The notes beneath the pieces are model-generated. The model was not told where the DNA came from. It worked only from the letters and a program-made list of their open reading frames with translations, and ran no database searches. From NCBI GenBank assembly GCA_964016885.1, contig OZ024756.1:4216001-4280000 (forward strand): DNA of 64,000 nt. The letters run 5' to 3'. Below are positions 1-13,664 of this stretch, in pieces; the stretch's first letter is position 1; every line of letters begins with the position of its first letter. The position numbers were made by a program, and so were the translations under genes. This DNA comes from Eledone cirrhosa (Eukaryota).

Positions 1-16
1 TATTGATTAATTTGTG

Positions 17-75
17 ACTGTTACCTATATTTCCGTGGTAACTATTATATACTAGATACGACCTCATCAGACAGC
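17..75 (-). ncRNA. Minimal type-I hammerhead ribozyme motif
   Basis: Minus strand reads ctgt-CTGATGA-[imperfect stem II]-GAAA-tatagg-TA-acag. Stem I is ctgt/acag. Same layout as the motif at 37559. Confidence 0.6.
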
Positions 76-156
76 TATTCTGTAATCTTTTGTTCAACGT
101 GTGATACGTCCAGGGCGGTCTTTGATGTTATTACTTCAAGGCTCAACTGACATACC

Positions 157-235
<79 letters not shown>

Positions 236-240
<5 letters not shown>

Positions 241-600
241 AGAACAAAAGCTGGTTAAAAGAGTTCCATGTATTTTATTAGGCGCAATCAAAAACAAATA
301 TCATCATGCAATAATATTTGTGTTTTCATCAGATAAAACAGGAAGATATGTTGATTTAAAACTGCACTATCCACAAGTGTTTTTTAACCTTCATATCATG
401 TCTTCCTGTTTTATCTGATGAAAACACAAATATTATTACATGATGATATTTGTTTTTGAAATGCGCATAATAAAATACATGGAACTCTTTTAACCATCTT
501 TTGTTCTTATATATTATGTATACTCCAGTCCTACAAACTGTAGAGTGCTTCTTATCCGATATCTGCATTGCTTTATTGTACTACAATAAAACTCACCTCC

Positions 601-602
<2 letters not shown>
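236..602 (+). mobile_element. Short HHR-bearing PLE pLTR/retrozyme-like unit with 5' inverted arm, in (TA)n
   Basis: 236-346 is an inverted copy of ~400-515. Flanked by (TA)n on both sides. Same family as 52686-53017. Confidence 0.75.
409..475 (+). ncRNA. Type-I hammerhead ribozyme
   Basis: ttttat-CTGATGA-aaacacaaatat...atatttgttttt-GAAA-tgcgca-TA-ataaaa. Stem I 6 bp, long stem II, palindromic stem III. Confidence 0.85.
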
Positions 603-666
<64 letters not shown>

Positions 667-889
667 TGTATATGTATATGTGTATGTGTGTGCGTCCGCG
701 TGCGTGTGTGTGCGTGGGTGTGTAGACATGACTGTGTAGTTAAGGAGTTTATTTGTGTCCCACTGCGGGTCGTTTTGAAAACACATGCCTTCTACTATAG
801 GCTCGGGTTGACCAATACCTCGTAAGTGGAATTTAGTTAACCGAAACGGCAGAAGACTGTCATGTATGTATCTATGTCATTTTGTATGG

Positions 890-920
<31 letters not shown>

Positions 921-1092
921 TACATAATGACATAGATACATACACCACACACATACATATACATATATATGTGTGAGTGTGTGTGTTTGTCTGTTGTGTA
1001 TATATATGTATATATAAATATATATATATGCGTGTGTGTCTGTTAACCCGATTTTCTCTCCCTCTCTCACTCGCAATCTAGAGAGAAACAAC

Positions 1093-1096
1093 TAGA

Positions 1097-1185
<89 letters not shown>
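1093..1185. repeat. (GA)n microsatellite
   Basis: Direct reading. Confidence 0.95.
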
Positions 1186-1187
<2 letters not shown>

Positions 1188-1852
1188 AGTTGTTAGATAA
1201 TGACAAGCAGGCGGAATTCCTCAGCAGCCACAGTAGCAGCAGCAGTTAAGATGTCCATATAATAGAAAAGAAAAAAGAAATATGATGCATTTATCACGCA
1301 GTTCTTTTACTGGCAATCTAGATTTGTTGTCCAGATGTTGCATTAGTCGTTTTGCCATGTGTTCTTACACAAACACACTTCAACCTTTGCTCTCTAGCTC
1401 GACGAATGCTTTCGATATTAACAGTGTCGGAAGCGATATGAAAGAAGAATGGTGTATGAATATTGCCTACTGGGCTTGCAACTTATTTGCGAGCTTATGG
1501 TAGCTAACTTAACACTACCCTTCCCTAACCCTATTATAAACTCACAAAAACTAATCCCCTTTCAACAAGTTTCCTTTTACGAACAAATTTTTTCACACCC
1601 AATCACTCACACATTGATAATCATGAAAACATTTCTCACACATACATCCACACACACACATACACACACGCACACACACACAGTCAAACGCACACGCGCA
1701 CACACACCCACAACCACATTCACACCCACATAAACGCATACATACACTAAGAATGACGTAAACACGCTCACATGGCACATATATATACATATTCAAAGAC
1801 ACCAACACATAACCACAACTAAGCATACATAACAAGTATACACATGCACAAG

Positions 1853-1938
<86 letters not shown>

Positions 1939-1949
1939 ATATATATGTA

Positions 1950-1992
<43 letters not shown>

Positions 1993-2205
1993 CGAGAGAG
2001 AGAGAGAGAAAGAGACAGAGGGAGAGGGAGAGGGAGAGACAGAAGGGGAGGGAGAGAGAGAGGGCGGGGAGAGGAAGGAGAAAAAATGGTGGGTGATATA
2101 AAGGGAAAAAAAGGTAATGTAGTCAGATTTATGTAAGTAATAAATACTCACACAAGTAGACAAGAGCAGGGCAAATGAGAGCTAGGAGACCCCTCATATA
2201 TATAC

Positions 2206-2290
<85 letters not shown>

Positions 2291-2408
2291 TACATACATA
2301 ACAAATGAGTGTTGCAGTAACTAGACACATTTATAGAAAACAATACAAGCATATATGCATACATGCCTCGATATTGATACGAAGTCACTCCAGAAAACTA
2401 TATGTATA

Positions 2409-2468
<60 letters not shown>

Positions 2469-2572
2469 AATGTACATATATATATAAATGTATATATATA
2501 CACACACATATAAATATATATGTATATATATATATATATATTTTAAATATATATATACATAAATATATATAA

Positions 2573-2611
<39 letters not shown>

Positions 2612-2617
2612 TATGCA

Positions 2618-2716
<99 letters not shown>

Positions 2717-2743
2717 TTATATACGTACATACATATATGTATG

Positions 2744-2776
<33 letters not shown>

Positions 2777-2799
2777 TTATATACGTACATACATATATG

Positions 2800-2839
<40 letters not shown>

Positions 2840-3178
2840 GAGAGAGAGAGCGACATATTTACACACACATATACATATATAGATACACATATATACAAAT
2901 ATAGGCAAAAAAATATCCACCCACAGATTGCATGCCCAGATGTAAAGGTTTAAGGAACTGAAGTTGGAATATAATCGCAATCACAGACAGCCTCTTATTT
3001 GCACTTAAAACTACCCGAAAAACCTACCATACACAGAAGCTGTATATAACCGTGGGTGTTTGTTACTTTAGTTTCAGTGAGAGAAAGAGAGGGTGAGTGA
3101 GAAAGAGAGGAGAGGGGAAGAATTTGAGATAGGCGCGATATGTGTCTTACTAATATGTATAGGGTTATGCTCATATAT

Positions 3179-3261
<83 letters not shown>

Positions 3262-3264
<3 letters not shown>

Positions 3265-3757
3265 AGAAAGAAGAATGACACGGTTTGCTATACAATAAGG
3301 GCTTTTATCACATTGCTGACAATTGTTTCTCTGAACTTGTAGGTCTAGAGATCGCTACCCGCCTGTTTCTGCGTCAATCGATCACCAATACATAGTTATA
3401 ACAAGTCAATTCATCAGAGCTTGCGAGATTGAATGATTCATTCTCGCAAGCTCTGATGAATTGACTGGTTATAACTATGTATTGGTGATCGATTGACGCA
3501 GAAACAGGCTGGTAGCGATCTCCTACACCTACCAGTTCAGAGAAACAATTGTCAGCAATGTGATAAAAGCCCTTATTGTATAGCAAACCGTGTCACTCTT
3601 CTTTCTTGATTTATCATTACTCCAAGCGCGTGCTCGCAGCATCCCAATAGAAACGCCTTGTTGAGTCAAACTTAGCCAAGCGTTGATACTATCCACTATT
3701 CGGAGTACCCTAACTGGACTACATCTAAGTGGACTGCATATAACAATAATTTGTTAT

Positions 3758-3760
<3 letters not shown>
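3262..3760 (+). mobile_element. HHR-bearing short element with 5' snap-back arm (centre ~3435), in (TA)n
   Basis: 3262-3434 is the reverse complement of 3436-3610, and the unit continues to 3760. Monomer copy at 58550-58900; related fragment at 61700-61860. Confidence 0.8.
3450..3556 (+). ncRNA. Hammerhead ribozyme with expanded stem II
   Basis: gct-CTGATGA-~80 nt closed by actgg/ccagt-GAAA-caattg-TC-agc. GUC cleavage triplet and palindromic CAATTG. Mirror copy on the minus strand at ~3315-3420. Confidence 0.65.
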
Positions 3761-3793
<33 letters not shown>

Positions 3794-3902
3794 TAAAATA
3801 ACAGATTAAAGTTTAAGCAAAGAATCGCTGCTTATCGAGCCCTCTTTGGATTTTAGTCTTCAAATTTATTATTATTACTATTATATATATATATATATAT
3901 AT

Positions 3903-4310
<408 letters not shown>

Positions 4311-4315
4311 ACATA

Positions 4316-4397
<82 letters not shown>

Positions 4398-4398
4398 G

Positions 4399-4443
<45 letters not shown>

Positions 4444-4635
4444 TATACACACACACACACGCGCGCGCATATATATATATATATATATAGGACATGTAAT
4501 CTAAACTTACAAATGTGTGTTTTATCATATATATATATATATATATATATATGCAAAAATTCTTGTGGTCAAAACAATTTTGATTGGTCGGTAGAGGTCA
4601 TGTGAATGTAAAAAATTGATTTTGCGCCAAGACTG

Positions 4636-4779
4636 GTTTTATGTTAAAAAAGTGGCTCCAGCGCTACTTGGTGTTTGCAAAAATTCTTGTGGTCAAAACA
4701 ATTTTGATTGGTCGGTAGAGGTCATGTGAATAAAAAATTGATTTTGCGCCAAGACTGAGAAATGACTCTTTCACAACAA

Positions 4780-4869
<90 letters not shown>

Positions 4870-5051
4870 TAGTAGTAGTAAGGTGTTCGATGTTGTGATA
4901 ATGGTTAGCAGGGATGTGTGTCATTTCTCAGTCTTGGCGCAAAATCAATTTTTTATTCACATGACCTCTACCGACCAATCAAAATTGTTTTGACCACAAG
5001 AATTTTTGCAACACCAAAGTAGCGCTGGAGCCACTTTTTTAACATAAAAAC
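4636..5051. mobile_element. MITE-like element with ~130-bp terminal inverted repeats
   Basis: 4636-4766 is the reverse complement of 4920-5051 around a (TG)n core. An extra partial arm lies at 4552-4635. Confidence 0.6.
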
Positions 5052-5308
5052 AGGTAGAATTCCCCAAACTAATCAGATCAGAGCAAACAACACGGACACT
5101 CTATCTCAAAATTATTTTTGAAAAGCATTTAGAAATGCGCAACCGGTAAAAACTTAAAAACTTAAAACCACAACTGAATACTAACCCATACAATCACTAA
5201 TACTCTTTTATTCCTAATTAAACCATTTTTCAACTGTGAACAATTTGTCAGCATTTTCTATTCCGTTTACCAATATATAATAACTTGTGTGTTACACCTC
5301 TATTCTTT

Positions 5309-5395
<87 letters not shown>

Positions 5396-5476
5396 CCATA
5401 ACGCACCAGAGTACTCAATATGGCCAGAAATAGCTGTCGAAACGGCTTGAGATCTGCCGTCGGGGTCATACTTTTT

Positions 5477-5539
<63 letters not shown>

Positions 5540-6104
5540 GACGTAAATAAGAAAGTTATGAAAATTGACTTACTTACTAAAATTTCACTCCAACTAATTA
5601 GTTTCTGTAAGGGGATAAATATGGTTACGGAGCGTATCCATAGAGAAGCCTTACGTCATCAGGGAATCTATTCTCAGCTAAGCTTCCAGGCAATGTGGGG
5701 ACACTGGGAATTTATATAAAAATAACTTTCTTATTTACGTCTTTCATATAATTGTTCTGCATCCCCTTGCATAGAACCACAAAGTTACTAAGACAAAACA
5801 TATATTTGCTAGCATAGGTATGCATCTGTATACATATGTTGGTAGATATACTAATTCTGTATATATATATATAAATAGCGGAACAAGCGGTAATCAAACA
5901 ATTCTCTAAATAAATTAAAAAACGATTTAAATAATCACCTGCTCTATATCGTTTTTTAATTTATTTAGAGAATTGTTTGATAACCGCTTGCTCCGCTATT
6001 TTTATATTGTTCTGGTATCTCAAATTAGTACCATCGAACCACAAATATTATAAACACCTTGAATATTTCTACAAGTACATAGTGCCTGTTGAAGTATTCA
6101 TCCA

Positions 6105-6164
<60 letters not shown>

Positions 6165-6259
6165 AAAACACACACTTGTAAGTTTAGATTACATCGCTAT
6201 TGTCCTATATATATATATATATATATATGCGCGCGCGCGCGCGTGTCTGTGTATATATG

Positions 6260-6326
<67 letters not shown>

Positions 6327-6379
6327 ATATATATATAGATATAGATATATATATATGTATGCATGTGTATATATGTATG

Positions 6380-6476
<97 letters not shown>

Positions 6477-6852
6477 GTATACACACACACACACATATAT
6501 ATACATATATATATATATATAATTATATATATATATATATAGGACAATAGCAATGTAAAGTAAACTTACAAGTGTGTGTTTTATCATATACATAATTTAA
6601 TAATTTATTCACGCTTTTAAAAGTTATTTCCCTTGTCGGTAAATTACGGATGTTTCTGTGGCCAGAAAAAAATGGCTTCATTGGTTTCAACATTTCTAAT
6701 AGTCTGAGGAATGGCAGTTTTGTGGTCTGATTAGCAGGATTTGTACAACATTGGACACACACCTTTGTGGCATTTCGTTTAGCCTTTCTACCTCCTGAGG
6801 TCAAATCACGCCCGAGATTTAAACTTCCGGAGTTGTTAAAATAATATACGAG

Positions 6853-7483
6853 CAGGGCCGGATTTAAGGGGGGGGGGGCAAAGGGATCAATTGCCCCGGG
6901 CTCCCTGCAGTGGGGAACCCATGACAAAGAAGTCAATTGCCCCGGGCTCCCTGCAGTGGGGATCCCACGACAAAGGTGTCAAATGCCCCGGGCTCCCTGC
7001 AGTGGGGATCCCACGACAAAGATGTCAATTGCCCCGGGCTCCCTGCAGTGGGGAACCCACGACAAGGGGATCAATTTCCCCGGGCTCCCTACAGTGGGGA
7101 ACCCACGACAAAGGGGTCAATTTCTCTGGGCTCCCTGCAGTGGGACCCCACGACAAAGGGGTCAATTGCCCCGGGCTCCCTGCAGTGGGACCCCAAGACT
7201 GACGACCGTAGCGATTTATTTGTGCTCTCAGCTGTGCTTTTTAGTTTTAAGATGGTTAGATTTTTTGAATTTGATATCTATAAATATAACTTTTCAATTA
7301 CTTGCGCCAAGCTAATGTTTGATATCTAACGTTGGGAGGTTTGATGTGTATTATACTTTTTTCTGTATGAGGGACCACCACCCCACCCCTAGCCTGAAGT
7401 GGCCCGGCCCCCCAAACCTGAGATGGCCCGGGCTCCCCAAACCTAAAGTGGCCCAGGCCCCACAAGCTCTTAATCCAACCCTG
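6853..7483. mobile_element. Non-autonomous hAT-like element with internal ~43-bp GC-rich minisatellite
   Basis: Ends CAGGGCCGGATTTA ... TAATCCAACCCTG. Imperfect 8-bp TSD tatacgag/tgttcgag. About 7 copies of tcaattgccccgggctccctgcagtgggga. Confidence 0.65.
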
Positions 7484-7669
7484 TGTTCGAGCAAAATACT
7501 TGTGTCGATTTTATCGACTTTCCCCTCCATAAAATGTCTACTGGCCATGTGACTAAATTCGAAACAACTATAGCTCCGCCTAGCGATCAATTAGTTATTC
7601 CTGTACACAGAGATAATTATGCCTTAAATCTAGTTATATTGTATTGTACTGCTTAATTTGCGATAATAA

Positions 7670-9065
7670 TCCAGATGTCCGTAACGTGTGTACTCCAGAT
7701 GTCCGTAACGTGTGTACTCGAACTTTCCTCTAGCTACAGAAGACACCAGATGTCCGTAACGTGTGTACTCGAACTTTCCTCTAGCTACAGAAGACACCAG
7801 ATGTTCGTAACGTGTGTACTCCAGATGTTCGTAACGTGTGTACTCGAACTTTCCTCTAGCTACAGAAGACACCAGATGTTCGTAACGTGTGTACTCCAGA
7901 TGTTCGTAACGTGTGTACTCCAACTTTCATCTAGTCACAGAAGACACCAGATGTTCGTAACGTGTGTACTCCAACTTTCATCTAGTCACAGAAGACACCA
8001 GATGTTCGTAACGTGTGTACTCCAACTTTCCTCTAGTCACAGAAGACACCAGATGTTTGTAACGTCTGTACTCCAGATGTCCGTAACGTGTGTACTCCAA
8101 CTTTCTTCTAGCTACAGAAGTCACCAGATGTTCGTAACGTGTGTACTCCAACTTTCTTCTAGCTACAGATGTCACCAGATGTTCGTAACGTATGTACTCC
8201 AACTTTCTTCTAGCTACAGAAGACACCAGATGTTCGTAACGTGTGTACTCCAACTTTCCTCTAGCTACAGAAGACACCAGATGTCCGTAACGTGTGTACT
8301 CCAAATGTCCGTAACATGTGTACTCCAACTTTCCTCTAGTCACAGAAGACACCAGATGTCCGTAACGTGTGTACTCCAACTTTCTTCTAGCTACAGATGT
8401 CACCAGATGTTCGTAACGTATGTACTCCAACTTTCTTCTAGCTACAGAAGACACCAGATGTTCGTAACGTGTGTACTCCAACTTTCCTCTAGCTACAGAA
8501 GACACCAGATGTCCGTAACGTGTGTACTTTAACTTTCCAATAGTCACAGAAGACACCAGATGTCCGTAACGTGTGTACTCCAACTTTCCTCTAGTCACAG
8601 AAGACACCAGATGTCCGTAACGTGTGTACTTTAACTTTCCAATAGTCACAGAAGACACCAGATGTCCGTAACGTGTGTACTCCAACTTTCCTCTAGTCAC
8701 AGAAGACACCAGATGTTCGTAACCTGTGTACTCGAACTTTCCTCTAGTCATAGAAGTTACCAGATGTCCGTAACGTGTGTACTCGAACCATCCTCTAGCC
8801 ACAGAAGACACCAGATGTTTGTAATTGTGTACTCCAGCTTTCATCTAGCCACAGAAGTCACCAGATGTTCGTAACGTCGATACTCCAAGTTTTATCTAGC
8901 TACAGAAGACACCAGATGTTTGTGACTGTGTACTTCAAGTTTCAGCTAGCCACAGAAGTCACCAGATGTTTGTGACGTGTGTACTCTAATCATCATCTAG
9001 CCACAGAAGACACCAGATGTTTGTGACGTGTGTACTCAAACTTTCATCTACCCTCAGAAGACACC
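7670..9065. repeat. 51-bp minisatellite with 24-bp subunit
   Basis: Unit ccagatgttcgtaacgtgtgtactccaactttcctctagctacagaagaca, degenerating toward the 3' end. Confidence 0.9.
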
Positions 9066-9399
9066 CGCCTTAGGTGTTTACCAGCTATTGACTACAATAT
9101 GGGTTGAGTACATTCTCTCGTTTATTGTAGAACACCTATATAAATATACACTACTTCACGTAGGCGCTCATTCAGTTTTTGATTAATTTAGATTCTGGAG
9201 TTGTCTACCCTTTCTTTCTTAACAAGAATTAGGACTTATGCTAACAAATTAATTTTGTATTAAGGATCGTAATATAGATTGATAAAAACACTTCCTTTTC
9301 TCACCATATTAAGTGCCACACGACCCCGACATTTTTGCCGTTGAAAGAGATAGATGGCTAAACAATGCAAAATGGACTGTAAGATGAGGTAATGAAAAG

Positions 9400-10240
9400 T
9401 AAATGACCTGGTAATCTTTGATTTGTTTTGTTGTTGTTCTTTTATCTGTCCAATATTTCGGGACCTAAAAGTCCCTTCTTCGTGGTTTAAGGAACTTTCA
9501 GTGGATAATGTTACAATTTCCTCTCTTTGGGATTACATTTTGATTTTGATATAAAAAGTCGTTATCATGCGTTTTTTTATGGTTATTTCGCTCTTCTCGA
9601 GAATGACGTCAATTGCCAATATAGTATTTCGTGAAATCAATTTTCTTTTTTGTATGAGATGTTTAGTTTGTGTGCCTGTGGGTGTGTCTTTTTATGTCAA
9701 GTACTGTGTGATGAGTTCTAATCTATTATTTATTTGCGGGTTGAGTCTACGTATGAGCAAGTCTTCCTTAATTCTTAAATTGCCCACATTTCTATCACTG
9801 GCTTTAATGGTAACGGTAATATGTTGGATGATGTTTCTACATTTGTCAATGTGTTTTTTTGAATAAGGATGCGCGTGTGTTGAGGTGTTCTTTAATGCGA
9901 GTGTGGAGTGCTCGCGTTGTGCTACCAATCTAGAACTCCTTACATTTGTTGCATTCAATCTGGTATACCACGTGTCCGCTGGCACATACCTGAATCGTGG
10001 ATAGGGCAGTTAGTCAGCGAGCATTGATTGTTGCTGTCCCTGGATTTCTTTTTAGACAGGTATCTACGCTGTGAAGGGCCGGAGTGTGCTAATTGTATGT
10101 CCAGTCCTTCTTTGCGGGTAGCTCTGCGGGTAGCTGTAGTTATGCTTTCGCTGAAATGTGGTAATTTCATGAAGCAAGTGTTAGAGGATATCAAATGTCT
10201 GCGGTTCCTTCGATTCTTAAGTCGATTCACATTTTGTTTG
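9400..10240 (-). pseudogene. Degenerate PLE 3' fragment (GIY-YIG endonuclease)
   Basis: Frame-corrected translation: C..TNCPI..C..VVYQIECNKCKEF*IGSTTRALHTRIKEH...LRIKEDLLIRRLNPQINNRLE. A degenerate HHR-like hairpin (gggac/gtccc-GAAA) lies at ~9450-9487. Confidence 0.75.
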
Positions 10241-10389
10241 AAGACCGCACGAAATAAAGAGTGAACTCTTTACCAATTGTATCATGGTTTTTGTTTGATA
10301 GTTTATATGTTCTAAGTTCTACTGTTTTTAAATAAACAGCTTTTTCATTATACATTGGGGTAACAAGAATCAGATACTTATACCATCGC

Positions 10390-10541
10390 CAGGGTTAGAT
10401 ATGACCTTGGGGGTGGGCACTTCAGATTTGGGCGGTCCCTCATACACAGAAAATTAGAATACACAGCAAACCTCCCAATTTTACACATCAAAGTTAGCTT
10501 GGTGCAGTTTCCCGCTTTGCCCCTCATTAAATCCGGCCCTG
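10390..10541. mobile_element. hAT-type MITE
   Basis: Ends CAGGGTTAGAT ... TAAATCCGGCCCTG. Perfect 8-bp TSD accatcgc at 10382-10389 and 10542-10549. Confidence 0.8.
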
Positions 10542-11227
10542 ACCATCGCTACCCAAAAAATACGAGCCCCGGCAGTGCTGGGGAAACGCTCTCTGGTGTC
10601 CAAAACCGTAGACACAAGCTACATCGTGGTCGCAGTTGACAGAGTGGCGAGAGTGTCACTTAGGTAAAGAGTTAGGGAGACACTTTGAAATAGCCATCTC
10701 AAAACATGCGGCTCACTCCATTGAGTGGCCACCGCAACCCCGATAGTAATAAGTAGGGTGATAGTACGAGAACGACGGCAAGAAGTACACACGCAAGGGA
10801 AGTTACCACCAGAGAAAGAAAGTAAAATATGAGTTTGGCAATTTCTCCATTGTGACATCATTAATAAATTCACAGGTGGACTGACCATTGTCCGTGGAAA
10901 TACTTTTGAACTTTTGTCCTCCCCACATCGCCGCCTCCTGGGCGCAGATCCCATCACCCTCTCCCTTTCTCCCTCCTTTTCTTCTGTGACCCAGAGTCCA
11001 TGCTTTTCCACACCTTTTGCTCTCATTTATGGTTGTTAGAGGCCTTTCCCCTATTTTCCCATACAGCCATATCTGCCCCTCTTTACCCCTTCCCTATTTA
11101 TGTTATTTATACAATTGTATATAAATAAATGGTGGTCAGAATCTCTGGGGAGAGCTGGACAGCAGATCTTCGGTGGAGACCCAACCGCCTCCCTCAAGCC
11201 AGTGTTCCGGCCTTTAACTTCTCTTAA

Positions 11228-11728
11228 AATAATTGTTTCTACTTTTGGCACCAGGCCAGCAATTATCCAAGTGTATTACTGGTACTTTATTTTATCGACG
11301 CCGTAAGGATGAAAGGCAAAGTTAACCTCGGCGAGATTTGAACTCAGATCTTAAAGGGCCGTAACCCCATGCTTGGCGTCCGACCCTCTAATGATACTGC
11401 CAATCCACCGCCCTAACATGGCGTCCGACCCTCTAATGATACTGCCAATCCACCGCCCTAACATGGCGTCCGACCCTCTAATGATACTGCCAATCCACCG
11501 CCCTAACATGGCGTCCGACCCTCTAATGATACTGCCAATCCACCACCCTAACATGGCGTCCGACCCTCTAATGATACTGCCAATCCACCACCCTAACATG
11601 GCGTCCGACCCTCTAATGATACTGCCAATCCACCACCCTAACATGGCGTCCGACCCTCTAATGATACTGCCAATCCACCACCCTAACATGGCGTCCGACC
11701 CTCTAATGATACTGCCAATCCACCGCCC
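11228..11728 (-). mobile_element. tRNA-derived SINE (family A) with 8x tandem 45-bp head
   Basis: B-box GAGTTCAAATC and conserved body GCCTTTCATCCTTACGG..TCGATAAAATAAAGTACCAG. The 45-bp unit covering the A-box region repeats 8 times (11373-11728). Confidence 0.85.
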
Positions 11729-11831
11729 TTCTCTTAAATTAATGGGAATTCATTAAATATCAGTTTGAAAGCAGAGGCGACAGAAAGGAGTTCCATCTAG
11801 ATTTTGTCAACAATCTTCATATGGTTTAGAT

Positions 11832-12177
11832 GAGGGGTGTGCAATATATTCCATTGGCGGCCACTTTTGAACATTGCAGCAACTATTAGGGGCCAGTCAC
11901 TGTCAAAAATATGTAATCTAATGAAAACCAGTGAATTGAGTCATAAATACATTGTGAATACATTTTTTAATAATAAAGACAAATAAAATATAATTTAGTT
12001 TTATTAATGTGAGACTTGGTATTTGGTATAGGTCAACTAACAGAAGATTGTATTACGGTTACGTAAAAAATTCTAAATAAGCCTACAGGGTAAAAATTAA
12101 AAATGGCCATCGTGGGCCACTCTGACTGGTCTGGCGGGCCGGATTTTGGCCCGCGGACCCCCTGTTGCACACCTCTG
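11832..12177. mobile_element. hAT (Charlie-like) MITE
   Basis: TIR (C/G)AGGGGTGTGCAA ... TTGCACACCTCTG. Perfect 8-bp TSD gtttagat. Subterminal GCGGGCCGGA..TGGCCCGCGG motif. Confidence 0.8.
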
Positions 12178-12431
12178 GTTTAGATACACAACAAGTCTCT
12201 GATATCCAAATGGCTAAATATCAGCAGAAGGGCACCCAGGAGTGATGACATGGATAAGGCCCGGCCCCCTTACAGTGTAAGAAGTTAAGCGCTGAAATAC
12301 TTTCTTGAGGCGAGGGAAGTGTTTATCACTGAACATCTGCTGTCCAGCTCTCTTGAGAGTTTCTTACCAAGGAACAGATTAAAGTAATTTGAACATATTT
12401 AGAATAATTCCTGGGATCCCGGGTTACCAAA

Positions 12432-12715
12432 CCATCTCTATACCCGCTGGATGTATTTGGCCACATGTTGGAATGAGCCCTGTGAGCTGGAATGTCTCCC
12501 AACATCTCTATACCCGCTGGATGTATTTGGCCACATGTTGGAATGAGCCCTGTGAGCTGGAATGTCTCCCAACATCTCTATTCCCGCTGGGTGTATTTGG
12601 CCACATGTTGGAATGAGCCCTGTGAGCTGGAATGTCTCCAAACATCTCTATAACCGTTGCTATCCTAAGGGATATGACCACATGTTGGAATGAGACCTGT
12701 GAGCTGGAATGTCTG
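12432..12715. repeat. 70-bp tandem repeat x4
   Basis: atctctata recurs at 12434, 12504, 12574 and 12644. Confidence 0.9.
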
Positions 12716-12740
12716 TTTCAGCGAATCTACCTCACTATTG

Positions 12741-12885
12741 GTGAAGGCGCATGGCTTAGTGGTTAGAGCATTGGGCTTGCAATCGAAAGGTTGTAAGTTC
12801 AATTCTCGAACCGGGTGATGTGTTGTTTCCTTGAGCAAGATACTTTATTTCACGTTGCTCCAGTTTACTCAGCTGTAGAAATGAG
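12741..12885 (+). mobile_element. tRNA-derived CORE-like SINE (family B)
   Basis: A-box TGGCTTAGTGG, B-box-like GTTCAATTC, then CCTTGAGCAAGAYACTTTA. Other copies at 51440-51760 (-), ~61010-61150 and 63509-63645. Confidence 0.75.
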
Positions 12886-13426
12886 ATGATAGAACTGCGG
12901 TCCCTATCATTAAATCACACAAAACAACTCTAACGATATGTACCTTGGAGGAGGTCAGCAAAACCTGCATAGGTGTTGAGCTGTCACACACACACACATA
13001 CACCTCACTATTCCCCGGGGTAACACTTCCTCTATTCTGTTCGTTAGAATTAGTACAAAGCTGCAGACGCCATGGGTTCTGAACATCAGAGAGGTAGAGC
13101 CGACAGTGTAATGGAGAGGAACGATGTAAGATTTCATCGTCTGGTTGGTGTTGTTACCGTTGACTTCTACATACACACATACATGCTGCACACAAGACGA
13201 CCGCCCTTGCAATTGCAATTATATACAAACACCCCACACACACTCACACACACACTCACAACCCACACACAAACACACCTACACACAGACAGACATACAC
13301 ACACACATGCTATACTTCCTTTTTCTAACATATTTAAATATGTTAAGTCCAATTCTGAAATCCAATCCAAGCATTCTTTTACTAATTCTTTAACTAACGA
13401 GATTGTCAGAAAAATGCTTACTGCCG

Positions 13427-13532
<106 letters not shown>

Positions 13533-13664
13533 GGTGTGTGACGTTTAGCTACTGGTGGTTCACCCTGTTGAGAACTCAACGCCTATATTTGTGTCTGGCT
13601 ACATATGTGGGCTTCTACGTTTGCTATTTCACCATAGTCGGTACCTTTAAGAAACGGAGTGTTA

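Noticed and set aside
7675-8844. 285-aa and 288-aa ORFs as genes
   Set aside because: They are products of a stop-poor 51-bp minisatellite, open on both strands, with no domain.
10619-11026. 135-aa ORF
   Set aside because: No recognisable motif and no supportable splice structure.
12741-12815. tRNA gene
   Set aside because: A/B boxes are present, but the sequence continues into a repeated SINE body and no intact cloverleaf is evident.
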